From a virus, in the IMG/VR virus record IMGVR_UViG_3300035199_000184, positions 3,528-67,527 of that record: a stretch of DNA of 64,000 nucleotides, one strand, 5' to 3'. Below, piece by piece: positions 1 to 7,726 of this stretch; within the stretch, counting starts at the first letter, position 1, and the number at the start of each line of letters is the position of its first letter. The notes beneath the pieces were generated by a model. It saw only the letters and a list, made by a program, of their open reading frames with translations. It was not told the origin of the DNA and did no database searches. The position numbers were made by a program, and so were the translations under genes.

Positions 1-104
1 TGCACGCCCACGATGATTACCGAGACTACAAGCCGACTGTCGGTCAGCGTATCGGTGCTGGGTTTGCAATGCTTGAAGATGACGAAACTCGTTACAGTCT
101 TTGA
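1..104 (+). CDS. 3' end of a small ORF truncated by the window edge (...AMLEDDETRYSL*)
   Basis: Open frame from position 3 to TGA at 102-104, followed by a purine-rich RBS for the next ORF. Confidence 0.45.
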   Translation, partial: HAHDDYRDYKPTVGQRIGAGFAMLEDDETRYSL

Positions 105-116
105 GAAAGGGGTATC

Positions 117-323
117 ATGACTGATCATGAACCACTGTTGCGTTTCCCACACTTACGCAAGTTCGCCCGCAAGGGTGGGGCTTGGTGCTTTCGCTTCGAG
201 GGCCGTGGATACGGTCCATACGATACGAAGGATGAGTGCTGGGAGGATTTCCGAGGCATGACGAAGTCCGCTAGGCGGGATCGTCAAGGCTATTCACCCA
301 CTATCGAAAGGGGGAAACAATAG
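117..323 (+). CDS. Small hypothetical early phage protein (68 aa)
   Basis: AAAGGGG RBS, ATG start, GYGPYDTKDEC motif of the GPYxT type seen in small phage proteins. Confidence 0.65.
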   Translation: MTDHEPLLRFPHLRKFARKGGAWCFRFEGRGYGPYDTKDECWEDFRGMTKSARRDRQGYSPTIERGKQ

Positions 324-435
324 ACCTAACCGAGTTCGTTTGCCCAGTCTGAGCTTGTGGCTCAGCCAACCCGTCCGGGTTTGTTCCCCCGGACGGGCTA
401 CTCAGCCACATACTTATGTGCTGAAGATTCACTAT

Positions 436-639
436 GCCTGGGTGGTGTAATGGCAACACACCGTTTACCTGTTGTTGCCTGATGAGAGTTCGGTAGACCC
501 GTACTCTCTGATGGCTTTGCTTTGCTTATTAGCGGTCTAACTAGCCGCGATGTAAGACCCGTTGAAGGATAGTTACCTTCAACGTTGGGAGGCCGACAGG
601 TATTTGGCGGAGTACAGGGTTCGATTCCCTCCCTGGGCA
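436..639 (+). ncRNA. tRNA-like RNA with the anticodon loop replaced by a ~140-nt structured insert (tmRNA-like architecture)
   Basis: Acceptor GCCTGGG 436-442 / CCTGGGC 632-638 plus A639; D arm GTGT-AATGGCA-ACAC 445-459; stem CCGTT 461-465 / GGCGG 606-610; T arm AGGG-TTCGATT-CCCT 616-630; helix extended by TACCTGTTG/CGACAGGTA and GCCT/AGGC. Confidence 0.8.
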
Positions 640-735
640 GCATACATTGTAGGCCGAAAGGCCGAACAACGAGGCGTCATATGTCCACGCCTACAACCCG
701 AACGGTTCGGGGGAGAATGTATGGGGCAAGTTATC

Positions 736-915
736 GCGGCGAATGCCGCAGAAAGAGGTGAGCATGAGTGATTCAGCACCGACGTTGGTCGCGCCATCAA
801 ACTGCGAGGCGTGTTACGTCGAACTCGACGGGAGGATTTACTACCTCGACAACTCTACCGGAGAGGTGATCGTGGATAGCTGGGAACGAGTAGCAGCGGC
901 GAATGCCGCAGAAAG
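736..915 (+). repeat. Two exact copies of GCGGCGAATGCCGCAGAAAG (736-755, 896-915), a hairpin followed by an RBS
   Basis: 20-nt direct repeat 160 nt apart, each copy 8-9 nt upstream of an ATG (764, 925). Confidence 0.85.
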
Positions 916-943
916 GAGTTACCAATGCACGGTAATTCATTGA
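764..943 (+). CDS. Small hypothetical protein
   Basis: GAGGTG RBS before ATG 764; MSDSAPTLVAPSNCEACYVELDG... Confidence 0.55.
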   Translation: MSDSAPTLVAPSNCEACYVELDGRIYYLDNSTGEVIVDSWERVAAANAAERSYQCTVIH

Positions 944-1152
944 TTCCGACTGCTTCCGAGCATGATCGGTACTGGGGGTATCCGCCTGAGGCACCCTCAG
1001 AGTACCAGGAGTCTTATGACTACTTGGTAGATCACCTGGACATCGAGAGTGATCGTGCCGAGCTCATTGCCGGTGACTACACCCGTTACGATGTCGAGAT
1101 GATGGTTGCTGGTGAGCTCGACGCTCTTATCAAGCGTGAGTACACCGACTGA
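925..1152 (+). CDS. Small acidic hypothetical protein (75 aa)
   Basis: AAGGAG RBS; D/E/Y-rich sequence. Confidence 0.7.
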   Translation: MHGNSLIPTASEHDRYWGYPPEAPSEYQESYDYLVDHLDIESDRAELIAGDYTRYDVEMMVAGELDALIKREYTD

Positions 1153-1229
1153 CGACCAGCACTTCGCCCACTCGTCGTGAGTGGTCGAGGATGTTAGCCG
1201 TTTGTTTCATTTACACAAGGAGATTGAGT

Positions 1230-1682
1230 ATGCATGTATCCGAAAGTGCGATGATTGATGCGTTCAAGCGTGACCGCGACAAGGTTGTGGACATGCTGAG
1301 GCAAGTGCTTCCAGGTTGCGGAAAATACAATCCGCCACTGCTGAAGCGTTTCGTCGTCGAACCACTCAAGCATGTGGATGAGTGCTTCATCGAGATCGAA
1401 GAGCATGGTCTGACCCTGCAAATCGATGAGATGGATATCAGCACCATTGCCGGCAAAAAGTACCATCCATGCTGGACGGTGCTTGAGACTCGCTGTACCC
1501 CCGGCGGTCACTGGGAACCTGACGACTACGATCTGTACGAGTTGTCGTCTCATCGCAGTTACCCCGAGGCGATTGCCAAGGTACTACTGGTCATTGCCGA
1601 GCGTGAGATTGATGGCGTAATGCAATCATACGCCGATGGTAAGCACGCTGAAGAGGTCGAGAGTTGGCCTGACGACAAGTAA
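1230..1682 (+). CDS. Hypothetical acidic protein (~150 aa)
   Basis: AAGGAG RBS before ATG 1230; PGGHWEPDDYD motif. Confidence 0.75.
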   Translation: MHVSESAMIDAFKRDRDKVVDMLRQVLPGCGKYNPPLLKRFVVEPLKHVDECFIEIEEHGLTLQIDEMDISTIAGKKYHPCWTVLETRCTPGGHWEPDDYDLYELSSHRSYPEAIAKVLLVIAEREIDGVMQSYADGKHAEEVESWPDDK

Positions 1683-1785
1683 CGATCCACTGAGGATACC
1701 CCAAATCTGGGGTATCCGATTGTCGACCGTTTGATACAATTGAGATTCTGAGCCGTTTTGTTTCTGTTTTGAGAGGAGTGATTCT

Positions 1786-1992
1786 ATGAGTGAGTCCCAA
1801 AGGGAAGTGATGATGTTTGCTGTGCGTGCAGCAATGGGCGAGCTTAGTGCGTCGGTGTGGGGATACGGTATGCCCCGCAATACCACTAAGCGGACCTTCC
1901 GTGACCTGTTTGAGGCGGCATCCACTGCCGGTCTCGACGTTGAAGAGTACCGTGAAGACTACAATCAGTTCGACCTTAGCAAGGGAGCGTGA
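1786..1992 (+). CDS. Small hypothetical protein
   Basis: GAGGAG RBS and ATG start. Confidence 0.7.
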   Translation: MSESQREVMMFAVRAAMGELSASVWGYGMPRNTTKRTFRDLFEAASTAGLDVEEYREDYNQFDLSKGA

Positions 1993-1994
1993 GC

Positions 1995-2156
1995 ATGAAA
2001 GAACCTAAAGTGCATGGTCTTGAGTACTTGACGATGGCACGCCTTAACGGGCGAGCAGTTGTCATGATCGGGGTTGCTAAGCATTTCGCCGTCGTCCGAT
2101 TCGTGGGCGAGACTAAGCGCTTCAGCGTCCTAGCAAACCTATTGGAGAATTTCTAA
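1995..2156 (+). CDS. Small hypothetical protein (53 aa, MKEPKVHGLEYL...), absent from the ORF track
   Basis: AAGGGAG upstream; TAATG overlap with the next ORF. Confidence 0.55.
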   Translation: MKEPKVHGLEYLTMARLNGRAVVMIGVAKHFAVVRFVGETKRFSVLANLLENF

Positions 2157-2353
2157 TGGGTGCTGGTTTGATGTACTCAGGCTTTACTTACTACCTTTTC
2201 GGTTTCCTGTCCCCGGTCTACTGGGGATGGGAGGCCGAAACCCTTATTGCAACTACCATGCTGGGAGTTGTAATGCATCTAATCGAGAGGAGACAAAAGA
2301 ATGAGATGCTCTATCTGCAAGAAGCCCTTGGTGTCGAAGCACGTCAACGCTGA
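2156..2353 (+). CDS. Small membrane protein with two hydrophobic segments
   Basis: TAATG coupling and hydrophobic stretches. Confidence 0.5.
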   Translation: MGAGLMYSGFTYYLFGFLSPVYWGWEAETLIATTMLGVVMHLIERRQKNEMLYLQEALGVEARQR

Positions 2354-2432
2354 TGTGATGCACGCCAAGTGCTTACACAAGAAGATGTCTGCCGTGCGTG
2401 CACGGGTGACCAAGTTCAGAAACAAGGAGTGA
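2301..2432 (+). CDS. Small basic Zn-finger-like protein (43 aa, MRCSICKKPL...HAKC)
   Basis: GAGGAG RBS; CxxC...HxxC. Confidence 0.55.
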   Translation: MRCSICKKPLVSKHVNADVMHAKCLHKKMSAVRARVTKFRNKE

Positions 2433-2499
2433 GTGGTCTCGGTCGTCTCCTGTGTACACAGGACAGTACGCCGAGGTAATGCATCCCACTGCCCTAGAA

Positions 2500-2535
2500 G
2501 CCCGTCGTCCCTTAATTGGGCCGGCGGGTTTTTTT
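2500..2535 (+). terminator. Intrinsic terminator ending the plus-strand arm
   Basis: GCCCGTCG-TCCC...GGG-CCGGCGGGT stem followed by a T tract, at the convergence of the two arms. Confidence 0.85.
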
Positions 2536-2545
2536 GTGCCCTGAT

Positions 2546-3298
2546 TTATACCAGGGTGCGGACGTGCTCGATCACTCCAGGCTGAATGCCTTTGTACTCG
2601 ACGCCCTCGGGGGGCATCCCTTCGAGTGCGGTCAGCAGTGCCGGCCAGTCAGTCTCGGCGTGATCCAGGTTGTACTGTCGGACAATGAATATGGCACAGT
2701 TAGCCTCGGGGAATCCCTTGGTAAGCTGTCGCTCGACCTGGACGTAGACCTCGGGGTCTGAGGGATTGAACCGGTACGTGTTCCTGTCCTTGTGGTATCG
2801 CAGCAGGTCCTGAGAGTACGCAACCCCCCAGTTGTAACGCACAAAGGGGCCTCCAGTCATCATCGAGTGGGTGAGTGCCGGCGGTAATGCCATGCCTGGG
2901 ACGTCTGCATGTGTGCCGGCAAACGATTCCCCGATCACTTCAGCGGGACTCCATCCACTCGGGAAGCAGAAGTGGAGCATGGCTAGCCAGTCCCGGTCCT
3001 CGGTGTAGCAGTGGATTGCGAAGTCCTCCTGCATTGCCATCGCTAGCTCATCCAGCGTAGCGTCGGCGGGCTCGTTGAGCTCCGCCGCGATCCATTCCCG
3101 CACGGTCTCACGGGCGAGCTCTGGCAGGAAGTGCTCCAGGTGAGGGTCGTGCGTGACGTTACGCTTGGCCTCGATGAATCGGTCGAAGTCCCGGTCCATC
3201 TGGAAGAACTGATCGTCCTGGTCGTGGCCGGTATGATGTGGGAACCTGTGCAGTCCAGGCTTCACGCTCCATCCATTACGGTAGGGGTGATACGTCAT
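2546..3298 (-). CDS. DUF3445 / heme-dependent oxidative N-demethylase alpha-subunit-like protein
   Basis: Motifs QEDF, CFPSGWSPxExIG, HxxVPG, RxNW and VERQxxxxFP; start at ATG 3298 overlapping the upstream TGA. Confidence 0.75.
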   Translation of the reverse strand: MTYHPYRNGWSVKPGLHRFPHHTGHDQDDQFFQMDRDFDRFIEAKRNVTHDPHLEHFLPELARETVREWIAAELNEPADATLDELAMAMQEDFAIHCYTEDRDWLAMLHFCFPSGWSPAEVIGESFAGTHADVPGMALPPALTHSMMTGGPFVRYNWGVAYSQDLLRYHKDRNTYRFNPSDPEVYVQVERQLTKGFPEANCAIFIVRQYNLDHAETDWPALLTALEGMPPEGVEYKGIQPGVIEHVRTLV

Positions 3299-3504
3299 TT
3301 CTCTCGAATCTTCCGTCGCATAGCCGTGTAAACTCGGTCGTGCTCTCTCCGTCTGCCTATGTGCCAGCAATTGCATGCTTCGCACAGGTACACGCTCATG
3401 CCTGACTTCGTCAGACCCCGAACTTGGCGTATCATCTTGGCTCTGGCGGCTACCGCCCCCTTTCGGGTGGAGTGCCGTGCTTTCTGGCAGTGACCGGTTC
3501 TCAT
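3295..3504 (-). CDS. Small basic Zn-ribbon phage protein
   Basis: C..K.R...VYLCEACNCWHIG pattern; ATGA coupling on both sides. Confidence 0.7.
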   Translation of the reverse strand: MRTGHCQKARHSTRKGAVAARAKMIRQVRGLTKSGMSVYLCEACNCWHIGRRREHDRVYTAMRRKIREK

Positions 3505-4025
3505 GACTGGGCCTCCTTGGCTCTCGCATCCGCGACGAACTTCTTGTGGAGTTTATGACCGGCTATCATGTCCACACCATGCTTGAGGCCGTCTCCGTGA
3601 TGGGCGATGCGGCTCAGGTAGGCATTCCGCTTACGCTTGGTGTCGAACTTCTCAGGGTCACCCAAAATCATGGAATGGGCTCCGGTGAGGCTCTCGAATA
3701 TCTCAGCGTCGATGCACAACATCAGCAGGACGTCGGCGGATCGATGGCGGAAAGCAACCATGGCTAGCTCTGAGGTAGACTGATTCCATAGCCTACCCTT
3801 CTCTTTCCAGGTGACTCGCCGCGACATCGAGTTGATCTTGTCAGTGTCGGTGAAGCACAAGAAATCGAACCCAGCCGAGGTCTCAGTGGCCCCAGCGGGA
3901 TCGAACAGCCAGCTACCCGTGGGCACTATCACCAGCAAGTCACCAACGCCGGAGTTCATGGCCTTCTTTTCGTGGGCGTTCATCTCTTTCCATATTCGCT
4001 TTGGCACTCCAGTGGGGCGGTTCAT
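3501..4025 (-). CDS. Hypothetical protein, possible degenerate nucleotidyltransferase fold (TGSWLF)
   Basis: ATGA coupling; TGS motif without clear DxD. Confidence 0.55.
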   Translation of the reverse strand: MNRPTGVPKRIWKEMNAHEKKAMNSGVGDLLVIVPTGSWLFDPAGATETSAGFDFLCFTDTDKINSMSRRVTWKEKGRLWNQSTSELAMVAFRHRSADVLLMLCIDAEIFESLTGAHSMILGDPEKFDTKRKRNAYLSRIAHHGDGLKHGVDMIAGHKLHKKFVADARAKEAQS

Positions 4026-4594
4026 TCGTCACCTCCGTCCAGGTCGAAAAGGTCGTCAAAGAATTTCTGCTTCTTGGCGGGGTCATCCCACTCGCTCGGC
4101 AGACTGAACCCGTCGTCTCCAGACTCCTTGAACCCGTCGAAGTCGTCCTTGAGGATTTTCTTTAGTGCCTCGGGGTCGAACAGGAATCCTATCTTAGAGT
4201 CCACGCCGGCCCCATGCTCCTTCATCTTCTCAATGGCCTTCTCGATACCAATGTCGTCCACTTCGATTCCGAGGTGATCCTTTAGGATGGTCTGTGTGGT
4301 TGAGTTGATGGCGTCGCCCACGGCCTGCATGATCTTGGCGTAGATATCGACAACGTACTCCTCGCCTTGACCGGCACTCCAGGCTAGCCCAGCGACTGCA
4401 CCAGCGGCAGCCTCGGCCATGCCAAGGGCGACGGCTATACCGCCAACCGCACCGAATCGTCCTATCTCTTTTTCTGTGTGCGGTATCATGGTCCTTTCCA
4501 AACTGGAACGAACGTGCTCCTGAACCTTACCGAGTTCGTCCCCGGTATGGTCCATTGTTTCCTTGGGTGTTGGTTTTGGGATTCTGTTCTTCAT
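4022..4594 (-). CDS. Hypothetical protein (190 aa)
   Basis: GGAG RBS and translational coupling. Confidence 0.7.
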   Translation of the reverse strand: MKNRIPKPTPKETMDHTGDELGKVQEHVRSSLERTMIPHTEKEIGRFGAVGGIAVALGMAEAAAGAVAGLAWSAGQGEEYVVDIYAKIMQAVGDAINSTTQTILKDHLGIEVDDIGIEKAIEKMKEHGAGVDSKIGFLFDPEALKKILKDDFDGFKESGDDGFSLPSEWDDPAKKQKFFDDLFDLDGGDE

Positions 4595-4614
4595 TTTGGT
4601 CTCCAGGTTTGGGT

Positions 4615-6132
4615 TTACACTTTCAGTACGTCAGCCACAGCATCGCTCTCAACGCTCAAATTCGTTATGTGGTGGACTTTGTTGCTGACTGCGTTCAATG
4701 AGTCACGGTAGCCGTTCTCGCCTCGGTAGCCGTAGCCATGATCCTTCTGGCTGAGCACCAGCGTGGTCATCTTGACCTCTTTGGCAGCCTTCCAGGTATT
4801 GAACTCGGCCTCAACTTCGGTGGGCACCTTGATGTAGGCGTCGGTGATCAAGATAATGTCGGTCTTGCCGGCAGGGCACCCGAGGGAATCCCATCTAGCC
4901 GGTAGTTCCTTCAGGGGCACGTCGCAGGTAGTGCCACCGCCGTAGAAGTGGTCCAACCAGTCAAGCAGGTCGTCGGGCTTGTTTGCATCGGGCGGGATGG
5001 CAAGGTACGTACCCTCACGACCGCCGCTGAACCCGACTAAGCACACGTAACGCTTGGTGCTCTTGGCTATCCAATACAACGCCAGGGCCAAGGCCTTAGC
5101 GTTTGCTATCGGGTCGCCGTACATGCTGCCAGACTCATCGCACACAACTACGATTGGCCCCTTGCCCTCCTCTTCGTATCCAATGTGCTCACGGGCAAAG
5201 GCCTGGGATTCGCTAATACGACGCAAGCACTCCAGTTCCAGCAGGTCATCCTCACCCAGGAACGCGATCTCTTGCGGCAGAACCTGGGAGATGTCTCCCG
5301 TGCGGGTCACCCCCACGACGTCCTCGCACCCATCGGGTGTCTTGGTACGCTGCTGGGATGCGGCAAGGTTCTGGTATCGACCGGCGAGCCGGCAGATTTC
5401 GGACAATTGCTTGCTGTTCTTGATCTTCTTGTAGATACGCTCAACCTCTTTGATGCCGAGCCGGGAAGTGTCGCCACTGCCCATGCCCCCGAGCGTACGC
5501 TGGGCATCTTTAAGGTCTTGAATGTCCTCTTTAGCGTTGTCCAGGGCCTTTTTAGCCTCTTGGCCGAAGCCTCCCTCAGGCCCAGGTTCCCCCGGCTCTT
5601 CGCCGTGCTTATCTTGGATGGCAGCCCACTGCTCGCTGATCCGCACGGTCGCCAGTGACGACGAATACTCATCCAGGGCGGTATCATTCCGCAATTGCTG
5701 GAACTCCTCGGTCTCCATCAGATCACGCATGTACTGCTCACGCTTGGCGTCGTGCGGGTTCTCAGCGAACTCGGTATTGAGCCCGAACAGAGACTCGAAG
5801 AAGTCAGCGGTCGCAAGCTCGGACTGACGACGTCGTTCCTTGTCCTCATCGGTCTTGAGGGACTGGCACCCGTACATTTCCTGTAGTACCGGCGTGTCGT
5901 CGAGAATCTCGATGCCCCGATTCTTGGACCACAGGTCGTGCCTCAGTACGGTGTCTGAGTACACAACAGGGGTCTCGCCGTCGACCGTGGGGCCGAATTC
6001 GAGGTCATCGGACTTGGTGTCCTGAGCCTCGACCTTGCCGAGGAACCCCAGGTCAGACTTGCCCAGGGGGTTGAGTGACCGATCTAGCTGCGAGGCTAGG
6101 CCAGTCAGTTTTTCAGTTAGGTTCTCGCTCAT
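4615..6132 (-). CDS. VWA (MIDAS) domain protein, ViaA-like
   Basis: GPIVVVCDESGSM (DxSxS), GGGTT, ILITDA; adjacent to a MoxR-type AAA+ gene. Confidence 0.9.
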   Translation of the reverse strand: MSENLTEKLTGLASQLDRSLNPLGKSDLGFLGKVEAQDTKSDDLEFGPTVDGETPVVYSDTVLRHDLWSKNRGIEILDDTPVLQEMYGCQSLKTDEDKERRRQSELATADFFESLFGLNTEFAENPHDAKREQYMRDLMETEEFQQLRNDTALDEYSSSLATVRISEQWAAIQDKHGEEPGEPGPEGGFGQEAKKALDNAKEDIQDLKDAQRTLGGMGSGDTSRLGIKEVERIYKKIKNSKQLSEICRLAGRYQNLAASQQRTKTPDGCEDVVGVTRTGDISQVLPQEIAFLGEDDLLELECLRRISESQAFAREHIGYEEEGKGPIVVVCDESGSMYGDPIANAKALALALYWIAKSTKRYVCLVGFSGGREGTYLAIPPDANKPDDLLDWLDHFYGGGTTCDVPLKELPARWDSLGCPAGKTDIILITDAYIKVPTEVEAEFNTWKAAKEVKMTTLVLSQKDHGYGYRGENGYRDSLNAVSNKVHHITNLSVESDAVADVLKV

Positions 6133-6267
6133 TTCTTTTCTCCGGGGTTAGGATTAAAAGGCCCGCTGGGGCTCGTGTTAGGAGCCCCCGACAGTGGTCT
6201 CATCAATCACTGTCGTTGCGGGGCATTACCATGTTAGTACTACGCATCTGGTGTCTCGGGTGTTCGA

Positions 6268-6327
6268 AAAAACCCAGGGGGGACTGAACGATCTCGGCGA
6301 CCGATCAGGGAGACCTCCCCCCTGGGC
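6268..6327 (-). terminator. Large hairpin with T tract between the AAA+ and VWA genes
   Basis: CCCAGGGGGGA...TCCCCCCTGGG stem followed by TTTTTT on the minus strand. Confidence 0.7.
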
Positions 6328-6333
6328 TGTTGG

Positions 6334-7458
6334 TTAGAATACAAATTCGAGGCTCTCGGCCAGGATGGTCTTGATCCTGCACATCTCGGACTCGATGTTC
6401 TCCGAGATGCGAGAGGCCTTGCTGGTCTGCTTCAGCTTCCCGACCTGCTTGTACACCTTCTTGAGGCGTACCCCGGTGTCAGTCAGGGACTTCACGTTAG
6501 TCATGTCGGCCTCCTCCACGATGCTCTCGGCCTCCATCTTGAGGGTATTCAGCTTGAGAGCCTCGGGGTTAGCGATCTTGGTGACGATGTCCCTGGTCAC
6601 ATTGTGCTGGTCCGGGTCATTCCACATGGTGTGCTCCAGAACGCTCAGGTGCTCGGGCTCTACTGTCTTCGAGCCGGCCAGCCAAGCAGTGGCGTTGATG
6701 GCGGCAGTGGACTGGCGGATACGCCGGCAGCCCGTCATGACACCATTGCGGCGGAGCTCTTTCACGATAGCGTGATAAGAGTGCTCACACTCGGAGCTCG
6801 GCTTGAGTGCCTGAGCCTCGGCGGACGCCTTGTCGATCTCATCCCCACTGATCTTGAATCCGAGATCGGGGGTGAGGTCTTCCGGGGACGCCCACATCAA
6901 GCGGTGAAGTCCAGCGGACGTCGCAACCGGCTTAACGTGCTTGCGGATCAACCAGCGGTCAGCAAAGGCGTCGAGCCCCTGATCCGCCTTGGGGAATTCG
7001 TTAGACGTACCGATCATCGTCTTGACCGGGGTCTGACGAATCTCGTTCCCGTCCTCGAACGTGCCCTCATTGGTGATAGTCAAAAGCGAATTGAGTATGG
7101 CCGAGGAGCCCTTGAAGACTTCGTTGATGACCACAATCTCTGCCTCGGGCAGCTTGTTCGCGGTCAGGCGACGGTACTCGCCTTCTTTGTAGCCACGTAG
7201 GTCCAGGATACCGAACAGTTCATCAGGCATCGAGTACTTGGTGAGGGTACGCTTGAAGATTTTGGCGTCGATGACGTCAGCCCATAGCTCCGCTAGGAGT
7301 GTCTTGGCTGTACCGGGAGCTCCCAGCATAAGGAAGTTGTCGCCGATGATCGCTGCGGTCAGCAGCAGGTCAACTTCGTCCTCACGCTCGATGAGAGCGA
7401 CCTTGAACGCTTCGGCTGCCTGAGAGAACTTGTCGAACGCTGTCATTTTCTTGCTCAT
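6334..7458 (-). CDS. MoxR/RavA-family AAA+ ATPase
   Basis: Walker A GAPGTAKT, PDELFG, NEVFKGSSAILNSLL (Walker B reads NE), SNEFP, AFADRW. Confidence 0.9.
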   Translation of the reverse strand: MSKKMTAFDKFSQAAEAFKVALIEREDEVDLLLTAAIIGDNFLMLGAPGTAKTLLAELWADVIDAKIFKRTLTKYSMPDELFGILDLRGYKEGEYRRLTANKLPEAEIVVINEVFKGSSAILNSLLTITNEGTFEDGNEIRQTPVKTMIGTSNEFPKADQGLDAFADRWLIRKHVKPVATSAGLHRLMWASPEDLTPDLGFKISGDEIDKASAEAQALKPSSECEHSYHAIVKELRRNGVMTGCRRIRQSTAAINATAWLAGSKTVEPEHLSVLEHTMWNDPDQHNVTRDIVTKIANPEALKLNTLKMEAESIVEEADMTNVKSLTDTGVRLKKVYKQVGKLKQTSKASRISENIESEMCRIKTILAESLEFVF

Positions 7459-7483
7459 ATTGGTCTCCGAATGAGTAAGTGGG

Positions 7484-7726
7484 TTACTTGGAATACATGG
7501 TCTTGAGTGCTTCGACGACCAGGGACGAGCCGATGATCGCACAGAACACGAACGCTTCGGCTTTCTCCCTGTCACTGTCGATGAATTTCTTGGCGACGTC
7601 CTGCACGTTGCCGTTATCGTACTCACTGAATGCGTCGCCCATGTTCATTGCCAGTCCTAGTGCAGCATGGGGTCCGATCTTCTCGATCAAATCACTTGCC
7701 AGATGCGTCGGGCTCAGATTTTCCAT
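7484..7726 (-). CDS. Small hypothetical protein
   Basis: AAGGA RBS; overlaps the upstream stop. Confidence 0.55.
   Translation of the reverse strand: MENLSPTHLASDLIEKIGPHAALGLAMNMGDAFSEYDNGNVQDVAKKFIDSDREKAEAFVFCAIIGSSLVVEALKTMYSK

Noticed and set aside
436-639. Ordinary tRNA, or tRNA with a group I intron
   Set aside because: No 7-nt loop with U33 could be restored by an obvious splice; the insert is about 140 nt with no recognisable group I core
479-670. Hammerhead ribozyme (CTGATGAG at 479-486; GGCCGAAAGGCCGAA at 652-666)
   Set aside because: The stem after CTGATGA is not followed by GAAA, and the GGCC-GAAA-GGCC hairpin lacks an upstream CTGANGA, so the core cannot be assembled
398-800. 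ORFs 398-643 (-), 562-771 (+) and 579-800 (-)
   Set aside because: Shadow frames over structured RNA; REGIEP is the antisense translation of a T arm
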